Origin: Thermoplasmatota archaeon
GTDB taxonomy: Archaea > Thermoplasmatota > SW-10-69-26 > JACQPN01 > JAJPHT01
Direction: 5' to 3'
DNA length: 64,000 nucleotides
Assembly: GCA_035540375.1 (NCBI GenBank)
Contig: DATLGO010000101.1
Location: forward strand, 14,324 to 78,323
Shown here: piece after piece, positions 44,922 through 52,777 of the stretch
Layout: each line of letters starts with the position of its first letter
Numbering within the stretch: position 1 is the first letter of the stretch
Translations under genes and position numbers: made by a program
The notes under the pieces: model-generated
Told to the model about the DNA's origin: nothing
The model's input: the letters and a program-made list of their open reading frames with translations, nothing else
Databases searched by the model: none

Positions 44922-46072
44922 CCGAGGCGGACGACCTCGAGCGGGTCGGCCTCGGCCGCGACGAAGCCGCCGCCTGGGCCGCGCTCGCGCGCGAGGGCCC
45001 GCTCACGGCCCCCGATATCGCCGCGCGCGTGGGCTTCGCCCGGTCGCGCGCCTACGAGGTCCTCCGCGGCCTCGAGGAGCGCGGCCTCGTCGAGGTGCTC
45101 CTCGGCGAGACGCGCCGCTACCGGGCCGTCGCGCTCGACCGCTACGTCGCGGGCGTGCTCGAAGCCGCGCGCGACGCCGAACGGACGGCCCGCGCGCGCC
45201 TCGGCCGCGCCCGCGCGCTCTTCCCCGAGCGCGAAGTCGTGGGCGCGGGCGGACTCGGCGCCGTGCGCGTCGCGGAAGGTCGTCGCGCCGCGCACGAAGC
45301 GTGGGCTCGCCTCCTGCGCGCCGCGAAGGAGAGCGCGCTCATCGTCGCGACGGGCCGCGCGACGCTGCGCTTTCTCGACACCCCCGAAGGCTCGGAGTCC
45401 TACGAAGCCGCGAAGGCGTCCGGCGTCGCCGTCCGCTTCGTGCTGCTTCCGGGCGACGAGCCGGAAGCCGCGCATCGCGCCGCCGAGATCCTCGCCTCCG
45501 ACGCCGAGATCGCCGTTCACGGAGACGGCGCCGTCACGCGGGTCGCGGTGGACGGCGGCCGCGTCGCCGTCGTCGCCCACGAGCGCGACGACGAGCGCGT
45601 GTACCTCGGCAACGACCTCCTCGTCGAGGCCGAATCCGCCGCCCTCGCGACGGACGTGCAGACCGAGGCGGCGCGCATCCTCGAACCCGCCGAGCCCGCG
45701 TTCGCCTTCGCCGGATCGGTCGCGGCGGCGTCGCGCCTGCTCGCCGGCGAGATCCGAGCCGCGCGCGCCGAGATCCTCGTCCTCGTCGGCGCCGGCGGCG
45801 CGTCCTTCGCGGAGGGCTCCGAGGAGCGGCGCGCGCTTCTCGAGGCCTCCGCCCGGGGCGCGCGTGTGCGCGTCGCGACCGCCGGCCCGTCGGACCTGCT
45901 CGGCCTCGTCGAGCCGGCGCTCGCGGACCTCGAAGGCGCCATCGTCATCGCGGACGGGGAGCGCATCGCGGAGTGGTACGGCGGGGCGGGCGCGCCGACC
46001 CTCGCCTTCGTCGCGCGAGACCCTGAACGCGCCCGCCTCGTCGCAAACCGGTTCGACGCGAGCCGCGCGTGA
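44918..46072 (+). CDS. second TrmB-family regulator (tandem paralog)
   Basis: GTG start overlaps the upstream stop (GTGA). HTH LTAPDIAARVGFARSRAYEVLRGLEERGLVE. The first ~1.5 kb of track ORF 43394..46072 is out-of-frame junk. Confidence 0.6.
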   Translation: MTEADDLERVGLGRDEAAAWAALAREGPLTAPDIAARVGFARSRAYEVLRGLEERGLVEVLLGETRRYRAVALDRYVAGVLEAARDAERTARARLGRARALFPEREVVGAGGLGAVRVAEGRRAAHEAWARLLRAAKESALIVATGRATLRFLDTPEGSESYEAAKASGVAVRFVLLPGDEPEAAHRAAEILASDAEIAVHGDGAVTRVAVDGGRVAVVAHERDDERVYLGNDLLVEAESAALATDVQTEAARILEPAEPAFAFAGSVAAASRLLAGEIRAARAEILVLVGAGGASFAEGSEERRALLEASARGARVRVATAGPSDLLGLVEPALADLEGAIVIADGERIAEWYGGAGAPTLAFVARDPERARLVANRFDASRA

Positions 46073-46137
46073 GAGATCTTTCGCCGACTGCACGGAAAAC
46101 GTTATCCCGCGCCGCGGTCGATGGGACAAGAACGAGG

Positions 46138-46341
46138 GTGACTCGCCTGTCGGACGGAGAAGTCAAGGAGCTTCGGGTGAAGATCGACGTGAGCTACCAC
46201 CTGAAGCTCCACGCCCTCAAGCTCCTCCGGAACAAGAAGATGAGCGAGGCCGTGGAGGAGGCGCTCGACTACTACTTCGAGCACGTCGTGAAGGGCGAAG
46301 AAGTGGTGGATCGCGAGGCCGAGATGCAGGAGTACGGCTGA
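46138..46341 (+). CDS. small ribbon-helix-helix-like DNA-binding protein
   Basis: …LSDGEVKELRVKIDVSYHLKLHALKLLRNKKMSEAVEEALDYYFEHV (beta-strand then two helices). GTG start at 46138 preferred over the track ATG at 46069. Confidence 0.35.
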   Translation: MTRLSDGEVKELRVKIDVSYHLKLHALKLLRNKKMSEAVEEALDYYFEHVVKGEEVVDREAEMQEYG

Positions 46342-46370
46342 TCGGTTTTCACGCGACCTTCCGGCCGGGC

Positions 46371-46388
46371 GGAAAAAGGGTTTTTACC
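46371..46388 (+). promoter_or_regulatory. candidate archaeal BRE/TATA element (ggaaaaagggTTTTTAcc) ~25 bp upstream of the hbd GTG; implies a leaderless mRNA
   Basis: A-rich stretch followed by an AT-rich box at the canonical distance from the start codon. Confidence 0.3.
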
Positions 46389-46411
46389 GGCCGAGCCCCG
46401 TCGCGAGACGC

Positions 46412-47389
46412 GTGTACGTCGACAAGGTCGCGGTCGTCGGCGCCGGAGCCATGGGCGCCGCCATCGCCGAGGTCATGGCGCTCAACGGCAAGAAGGTCGT
46501 CCTGAAGGACGTCTCCCAGGAATTCGTCGACCGCGGCCTCAAGACCATCGATGCGGTGCTCGATGATCTCGTGACCTTCCACGCCGGCAAGGCCGAAGCC
46601 GAGATCGAGCGGATCGAATCGAAGAACGGCATCACGCTCACCGAGGAGCAGAAGGCGAAGGTCCGCGAGGCGAACAAGGCGACCTACGACCGCGCCCGCG
46701 CCGACAAGATCCGCAGGAACATCCAGGGCACGACCTCGTACGACGACCTCGCGGACGTCGACTTCGTGATCGAGGCCGTCGTCGAGAAGATGCCCGTGAA
46801 GCAGCAGGTCTTCAAGGAGCTCGAAGCCGCGACCCAGAGCCACGTCGTGCTCGCGACCAACACGAGCACGCTGAGCATCACGGAGATCGCTTCCGCGGTG
46901 TCGGCGAAGCGCCGTCCGAAGGTGCTCGGCGCGCACTTCTTCAACCCGCCCTACACGCTGCCGCTCGTCGAGATCATCCCCGCCCACGAGACGAGCCCCG
47001 GCGTCGTCGAGGAGACCATCCAGTTCTTCGAGGAGCTGCGCAACCACCGCTTCCCGATGCTTCCGGTCGCCGTCAAGGAGACGCCGGGCTTCGTCGTGAA
47101 CCGCATCCTCGGGCGCGCGTTCAACGAGGCGTTCCTCGTCTACGAGGAGGGGATCGCCTCCCCGCGCGACATCGACAAGGCGATGAAGGCCGGCGCGGGT
47201 TGGCCGATGGGACCGCTCGAGCTCGCCGACCTCGTCGGGATCGACGTGCTCTACCACGCGGGCCGCAGCATGAAGGAGATGGGCGCGCCCGCCGAGCAGC
47301 GCCTGCCCCAGATCATCGGCAAGCTCTACCACTCGGGCCGCTGGGGAAAGAAGGTGGGTCGCGGGTTCTACGATTACAAGAACGAGTAG
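46412..47389 (+). CDS. hbd: 3-hydroxyacyl-CoA (3-hydroxybutyryl-CoA) dehydrogenase
   Basis: NAD-binding VAVVGAGAMGAAIA, catalytic region with …ATNTSTLSITEIA…, and a C-terminal dimerisation domain. Confidence 0.85.
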   Translation: MYVDKVAVVGAGAMGAAIAEVMALNGKKVVLKDVSQEFVDRGLKTIDAVLDDLVTFHAGKAEAEIERIESKNGITLTEEQKAKVREANKATYDRARADKIRRNIQGTTSYDDLADVDFVIEAVVEKMPVKQQVFKELEAATQSHVVLATNTSTLSITEIASAVSAKRRPKVLGAHFFNPPYTLPLVEIIPAHETSPGVVEETIQFFEELRNHRFPMLPVAVKETPGFVVNRILGRAFNEAFLVYEEGIASPRDIDKAMKAGAGWPMGPLELADLVGIDVLYHAGRSMKEMGAPAEQRLPQIIGKLYHSGRWGKKVGRGFYDYKNE

Positions 47390-47496
47390 GTCCCTCAACG
47401 GGCATAGTTGAGGACTGCGCGGGCACTCACAAGGTCCAGTGGACATAGGGATCGTGGTTGAGCCGTTTCCCCGACCGTCCCGCGGCCTCTGAACGG

Positions 47497-48552
47497 CTAG
47501 AACAGGTCCTCGAGCCCACCTTGGAGCTCTGACAGCCCGCCGCATTCAGGGCAGGAGCGTTCATATAGTTCCTCGGTGGCCTTTTCCACGAAGTGATAGA
47601 AGGCGTGATTGAATGCAAGCCCGCACGACTTGCACTCGTAGTCGAGCATGCGAGGTGAAGAATCGCTGATCTTGCGAGTCCGCCGCCCTCGAGAGGGGAC
47701 CGACCGCACAGGCCTTTCGTACTCGAGGCAAGAATGCGAACGCATGTCGCGTTTGGTATCGAATGTTTCACCGCAGCTGTCGCAAGTCGCCGGCTGGCTT
47801 GCCTCCCACTCCCTGTACGCGCGTTGCGCTTCGCGCTCGGAGATCACTGCGGGGCACGCTTGAATGTGGTCCGATAGGGTATCCTCCGAAGCCTGCGCTT
47901 TCCCGCACGCACTGCACGGGTAGTGGCGCTTCGAATAGTTGTGACCACGGAGACCGGCCTCCGAGTCGAACGTCTTTCCGCACAGATCACATGCAAACGA
48001 GGGAACATCCCACGGTTGCACTCGAGCGTCATCAACCTCCGCTTCGACGACCCCCGAGACCTGACGAGCGCCCTCCGCATCGGTTGCGCCTGTCCAGATG
48101 TGCCCGACCGGCTCGACATCATGTATTAGTGCGGGGAGGCTGGCCGCAGCGACACCCTCGGCTGGGGAAGAGCTTACCCCGGCCGGCAGCGCATATCGCG
48201 CCTCGCGCTCGGGCTGAGGACTGCCGAACCCGCACTGACGCGCATGATCATCCCGCCACACCTCTCTTGAGTATTTTGCGCCGCACCCGGGGTAAGGGCA
48301 GACCGAATCCGCCGCTGCCATGTTAACGGACTTAGTAGTGTACGATGGGATAGTGGAGTCCCCGCCCGGGAGGAACGTGTACCCCTTGTGCTTGATGAAG
48401 AGCCAAGGGATCCCGACGTAGAACGTGTAGAAGAACGCCCCAAAGAACGCTCCTGCGACTACGTTCGAATTGAGACTCGCGAGGGCGGGGATGGCAGAAA
48501 TGGCTGCGAAGAACCACTTGTAGCCGTTCCATAACTTGCCCATCTCACGCAC
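47497..48552 (-). CDS. membrane-anchored protein with ~5 C2H2/C2HC-type zinc-finger motifs
   Basis: Two N-terminal TM helices; fingers CPYPGCGAKYSREVWRDDHARQC, CDLCGKTFDSEAGLRGHNYSKRH, CSACGKAQASEDTLSDHIQAC, CDSCGETFDTKRDMRSHSC and CKSCGLAFNHAFYHF, plus CPECGG. Confidence 0.55.
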   Translation of the reverse strand: MREMGKLWNGYKWFFAAISAIPALASLNSNVVAGAFFGAFFYTFYVGIPWLFIKHKGYTFLPGGDSTIPSYTTKSVNMAAADSVCPYPGCGAKYSREVWRDDHARQCGFGSPQPEREARYALPAGVSSSPAEGVAAASLPALIHDVEPVGHIWTGATDAEGARQVSGVVEAEVDDARVQPWDVPSFACDLCGKTFDSEAGLRGHNYSKRHYPCSACGKAQASEDTLSDHIQACPAVISEREAQRAYREWEASQPATCDSCGETFDTKRDMRSHSCLEYERPVRSVPSRGRRTRKISDSSPRMLDYECKSCGLAFNHAFYHFVEKATEELYERSCPECGGLSELQGGLEDLF

Positions 48553-48634
48553 CCCCTCCCCCTAACTGAACCTTGAATATGTAAGCTTGTCCGAAAACTT
48601 GCGTGGGTGTCATCGTTGCCTCGACCCAAGCAGC

Positions 48635-49021
48635 TCACGTTGCAGCGAGCATGACGGACGCGAGTGGCCTTCCCTGGCCCCGATATGCGCTCCGGCGTTC
48701 CTCGGCGAGAGGGTAGCTCGTAATAACCGTCACGAGCTCTCGATCGATCGCAACGACGAAGACGCCGTCCTGCCCAGCGACGTCCACGACCGCGTGCCAC
48801 GCGCCGGCTGGCGCAGGAAAGTAGCGAGCGTGGAGCAGCTTCTGGCGAATCTGCCCTTCGGTCAACCCCGCCCCTTGCCAGCGGGTTGCAGCACGGAATC
48901 GCGCGTGCATCGTCAGGACTACTGCCAGGCTCGCAAAGATTTCGACACTCCAATGGATCGAGGCGAGGTCCCCGAGTGTGGCGACACTCGCGTTGCGGGG
49001 TTCTCGGCGCATACGACTCAC
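48635..49021 (-). CDS. hypothetical protein (weak resemblance to DUF4258-type small toxin domains)
   Basis: …HARYFPAPAGAWHAVVDVAGQDGVFVVAIDRELVTVITSYPL…. Assignment is tentative. Confidence 0.35.
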   Translation of the reverse strand: MSRMRREPRNASVATLGDLASIHWSVEIFASLAVVLTMHARFRAATRWQGAGLTEGQIRQKLLHARYFPAPAGAWHAVVDVAGQDGVFVVAIDRELVTVITSYPLAEERRSAYRGQGRPLASVMLAAT

Positions 49022-50197
49022 CTAAGCGGTACGCCTGCGGTGGCGCGCGACCGCGATGATCGACACCGCAGCGAGCGTGAGGACCAGCACGACGATCAGG
49101 TTGCGCGCGAAGTGCTCGGGAGACATTGCCGTGTCCCCCCAGCACCAACCCCCCGAGCACGGCTGCGTGTTGGAGAGCGTCAAGGCGTTGGTCACGGGCT
49201 CAGTTGTCACAGTCTCGTTTGTGACGGGCGCCCGCCCGTTCGTTCGCTCGCCGGTGAAGAACGGCAGCAATCCAGAGACGTCTTCACCCTCGATGCGGTC
49301 GTACTTGTCGCCGCTGTGATCTTGGAGATCTTGCGTGTACTGGCCCGTCAGCACCTCGGCCTGAACAGTGACGGTCTCTGTGTGCTGCTCGACGCGGTGC
49401 TTGCTCGCCGCGGCCTGGATGATCGGCGGCGTACCGCGCGTGTATCCGCCGTTCGGGCTGCTGCCGGTTGCAAAATCGAGCTCACTCCACTGGTACGCGT
49501 AATTCGAGCCGTTCGGCATGGCGAGCCGGCCTCGCCACACGATCTGCGGAGGGAGGTGATCAAGCTCCAGGACGGCGTAGGCGACGCCCGGCGCGTCCGA
49601 CTGGATGGGGGCGGAGGTCGAGTTCAGCAGCGCACCCTTCGCAGCTTGGGTCCCGCTCCAAGCCTGCAACTCCACGGTCGCTCCTGAAAGGTTCACGCCG
49701 GGGGCCGGCGAAAACAGCAGAGTCAGGGTGTCCGAGCTCCACCCGCGGTTGAAGAGCATCAAGTCTTGGCCGCTCGGGCGGATCGGACTCGCGGTAGGCC
49801 ACGACAGAGAGATGGTGCGCCAAATGAGCCGCCCATCCTGCATGGGTTCAGGGGCGCCAGATATGCTCAGCGCGGGCGCTCCGCGAACGCTGATGATCGC
49901 GGTCAGAACGCCGGCCGCCAGCCCACCAGCATCATCCGGAAGGGTTCCGGTCGCCGTGATCCCTTGCAGCGAGGCGGAGCCCTTGTCCGAGGTAACGCTC
50001 TGCGTGACGCTTCCGACGGAAGCGCCGTTGCGCTCCAAGGTAAGCGTGATGGGCGTAGCAGAGTCGTTCGAGAGGACGACGAGATCCTTCAACGTGACGC
50101 TGAGGTAGACCGGTGCGGCTGTGGTGGTTTGCGCTTGTGCGGGCATGCTCGCAGCGAGCATGAGCAGGATCGAAAGAGTGGGGATGTAGCTCTTCAT
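49022..50197 (-). CDS. secreted Thr/Ser-rich surface protein with a C-terminal TM anchor
   Basis: Signal peptide MKSYIPTLSILLMLAASMPAQA; C-terminal …LIVVLVLTLAAVSIIAVARHRRRTA. 4-nt overlap with the upstream gene. Confidence 0.5.
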   Translation of the reverse strand: MKSYIPTLSILLMLAASMPAQAQTTTAAPVYLSVTLKDLVVLSNDSATPITLTLERNGASVGSVTQSVTSDKGSASLQGITATGTLPDDAGGLAAGVLTAIISVRGAPALSISGAPEPMQDGRLIWRTISLSWPTASPIRPSGQDLMLFNRGWSSDTLTLLFSPAPGVNLSGATVELQAWSGTQAAKGALLNSTSAPIQSDAPGVAYAVLELDHLPPQIVWRGRLAMPNGSNYAYQWSELDFATGSSPNGGYTRGTPPIIQAAASKHRVEQHTETVTVQAEVLTGQYTQDLQDHSGDKYDRIEGEDVSGLLPFFTGERTNGRAPVTNETVTTEPVTNALTLSNTQPCSGGWCWGDTAMSPEHFARNLIVVLVLTLAAVSIIAVARHRRRTA

Positions 50198-50955
50198 GCG
50201 TTTGCCTCCGTGTGCTTGTTGATGTCTTCTGTTAGGCGGCGCTGCCACGTGCGGAACTCCTTCCGGCGGGCGACGCCTTCGTACGTGTCGACGAAGAGGT
50301 GGAGCGGAAATTCCAGGAGCGGAACGATGGACGGGCCGGCGTCGGACGGCTTCGACTCGTCGACGTGGCACCAGGTGACCCACCTGTCCGGCTTGTAGAG
50401 CGAGACGATCGAGCGCACGTGCTCGTTGAACATCCGCTCTCCCTCGCCGGGGCCAGTGACGCCCGCAAATGCCATCACATGCCCCGCGAGGCTCTGTACC
50501 GGCAGGTATCCCCCGACCGTATTTTTCAGGCCGAGCTCTTGGATCTCCTCCTGCGCAAGCATGACGTCCGAGATCGTGCGCTCGTGGAAGGCGATGAAGA
50601 GCGGCGTGTTAAGGCCGAGGTAGCTCGGCGTCTCAGCGGCGCCCTTGCTTCCATCTGCGTTCGAGTCCGCCATCGCCGCGTAGAGCACCTCAAGGATCGG
50701 TCCTTCGACCGCGTCCAACTGCTCCGGAAGCCAAGTGGGGTTCGCGACGATCTGGATGATCGCGCGAGGGTGCTGCGAGAGAAGGCTGGACAGGCAATCC
50801 TGCGTCGTCTGCTGTCTCGTGACGATTGCCCCATCGCCCTTGGAAGGGATTGGGGTGTTGGCCTTGGTCCCGGGCGGCAGGCCTTGAGGCTTCGGCGCGG
50901 TGCGGAGCCGAGCAACGGCTTCGAAGTCATTTGCCTTCGACGTGGAACGGCTCAC
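50194..50955 (-). CDS. hypothetical protein
   Basis: 253 aa of mixed composition; 4-nt overlaps on both sides, consistent with an operon. Confidence 0.45.
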   Translation of the reverse strand: MSRSTSKANDFEAVARLRTAPKPQGLPPGTKANTPIPSKGDGAIVTRQQTTQDCLSSLLSQHPRAIIQIVANPTWLPEQLDAVEGPILEVLYAAMADSNADGSKGAAETPSYLGLNTPLFIAFHERTISDVMLAQEEIQELGLKNTVGGYLPVQSLAGHVMAFAGVTGPGEGERMFNEHVRSIVSLYKPDRWVTWCHVDESKPSDAGPSIVPLLEFPLHLFVDTYEGVARRKEFRTWQRRLTEDINKHTEANA

Positions 50956-51752
50956 GGGACCACCGCCACGAGAGGAGCAGGGTCCGAGCTCTCGCCGCGG
51001 TCATCGCGGGCAGCAGCCAGGCGGTCGCGGGCCTCCTGGTAGAGGAACTGGCTATTCAGCGCCTCGACGAGCTGAGTAGGCGCGCGGCCGTTGACGATGC
51101 CGAAGACCTGCTTGTTCGTGAACGCGGAGTGAAGCTGATTCACGACGTTCGCGTTCGTGAGGCCGTCGATGCTCGCATGGATGACGACGCGCTGAGTGGC
51201 GTCCGCGAACTTGACGATCGGTTCGTGATAATCGCGGGCAGCTCCTTCATGGAGATTGCGCGTCGGTCCGGGCTTCTCACCAGGACGGACTCCCCAGAGC
51301 TCCAGTCGGAGAGGGCTCCACCAGCGGCGAACGCGGATCGCGCGGTTTCCAGGGGCACCGTTGACGGGGAGGACGCCCGCAAGTTGGACTTTCCCGCGGA
51401 GCTTCTTGCCCATCCCCTGCAGATGCCGTTCGAGCCATTGAAGATGGTTCCCTCCGTCGACTATGGTCAACCCGCGCGAAGCGGGCTGGCCGGTGAGGTA
51501 GCGGTCGTAGATGATCCAGATGGTGATCCCCAGAAGCGCAGCCGACCCCCACTCCGCTGCAAGCGTAACCCAGGTCTGGCCGCTCGGGCCGAGCCCCTCG
51601 TAGACGCTGACAAAGGGGGCTGTTAGCTTCTCGAAGTTCTCAGCGACCCAATAGGTGGTGGGCGCGACGATCGCCACCAACAGGACTGCCAGCGCGATGA
51701 TGCGGGCGCGACCCTTCGGGCGGCTCCACGACGTCTTCACATTGTGCAACAT
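50952..51752 (-). CDS. hypothetical membrane protein (first gene of the minus-strand island operon)
   Basis: Two N-terminal TM helices followed by a soluble domain. Confidence 0.45.
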   Translation of the reverse strand: MLHNVKTSWSRPKGRARIIALAVLLVAIVAPTTYWVAENFEKLTAPFVSVYEGLGPSGQTWVTLAAEWGSAALLGITIWIIYDRYLTGQPASRGLTIVDGGNHLQWLERHLQGMGKKLRGKVQLAGVLPVNGAPGNRAIRVRRWWSPLRLELWGVRPGEKPGPTRNLHEGAARDYHEPIVKFADATQRVVIHASIDGLTNANVVNQLHSAFTNKQVFGIVNGRAPTQLVEALNSQFLYQEARDRLAAARDDRGESSDPAPLVAVVP

Positions 51753-51988
51753 GGTATTTCCTCAGCAGCCTCATGTCGTCATGTGCTGCTGGTCGGGAGA
51801 TTGCCTTCGAGAGCATCTTCTGCTTGGCCCTGAGTCACCTATTCTAAAAAGAGCAACGTCCGCCTTGAGTAGGTGCCTACCCTGATCGTACGCCACTCTC
51901 CAGTCGGTAGGCTTGTTCCTATTGAGAATCACTGTTACGAGAATTGTTTTATCCTTCAAACGCCGCTCATCGGTTCGGGAGACAGTAA
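51753..51988. promoter_or_regulatory. AT-rich divergent intergenic region between the two island operons
   Basis: Contains ctattctaaaaagag, gaattgttttatcc, and inverted repeat CAGCAGC-n15-GCTGCTG at 51766-51794 next to the minus-gene start. Confidence 0.35.
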
Positions 51989-52777
51989 GTGGCAGACGAA
52001 CCGGTTCAGGGAGAGGACCGCGGACTCGCGCGGCGTATGCACCGCGACTTTCCCTTCGTCGCTCCAGAAGCCGCACGTGAGCTTGCCATTCGACTCCGTA
52101 AGTCCTCAGTCCCTCGTCCGGACGAAGACCGGCGTCTCGCTCTCGTCCAATTGCTCGGGGATCCGTACCGGGCAAGGCTCATGTCCTTCCTACTGGGCAA
52201 GGCGGAACTCCCGGGCCTGCAGAAGCTTGAGGTCGCCACCACAACCGTTTGGGCGGCCGACATCGCCTCGCTTAGCGCAGGTGTTTTCGGAAGAATCCCG
52301 AACGAGGCTGACCTGCACAAGAGCCTCGTCCAAGTCCTCACATCCTCTCAAATGAAGCACGTTGTCTCGAAAGCGATCGTCCGCGCGCGCGTTCGCATCG
52401 ACGGGGTCGGGGACCCCGAGAACGAAAAGGACGAGCGGAAGAAGCAGCTTCTGAAGGACAAGCTCCGACAAATTAAGGAAACCGCCGACGAGCGAGCCAA
52501 TGAGCGAGTCCCAAAGTTTGCTGCTAAACCGGAGTACGTGAACGCGGTACTGCGCCGAGTCCCGCGGGAAATCGAAGGCGCGTGTTACAAGCAGCTTTGG
52601 GAGCTAAAGCGGGCCGGACTGGTTGACGAGCGATCGAGCCGCTCCGGCGACAGCCTCTGGTACGTCCGACCAGAAGCCGTCGCTGAGCTCGAGGCATTCT
52701 ATACCGCACTCGCGAACCTATCAGGCACCGTACAGCCGGCGCTGTCCACCCGACGAAACTGGAGGAAAGAGCCATGA
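51989..52777 (+). CDS. hypothetical protein with a C-terminal winged-helix-like segment (first gene of plus-strand island operon)
   Basis: …GACYKQLWELKRAGLVDERSSRSGDSLWYVRPEAV… resembles a wHTH. Low-GC codon usage. Start uncertain. Confidence 0.45.
   Translation: MADEPVQGEDRGLARRMHRDFPFVAPEAARELAIRLRKSSVPRPDEDRRLALVQLLGDPYRARLMSFLLGKAELPGLQKLEVATTTVWAADIASLSAGVFGRIPNEADLHKSLVQVLTSSQMKHVVSKAIVRARVRIDGVGDPENEKDERKKQLLKDKLRQIKETADERANERVPKFAAKPEYVNAVLRRVPREIEGACYKQLWELKRAGLVDERSSRSGDSLWYVRPEAVAELEAFYTALANLSGTVQPALSTRRNWRKEP

Noticed and set aside
51873-52355. 160-aa ORF overlapping the first plus-operon gene in another frame
   Set aside because: The translation is Ser/Arg/Pro/Cys-rich and lacks structure. 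The 51989..52777 frame gives a coherent protein with 4-nt coupling to the next gene.
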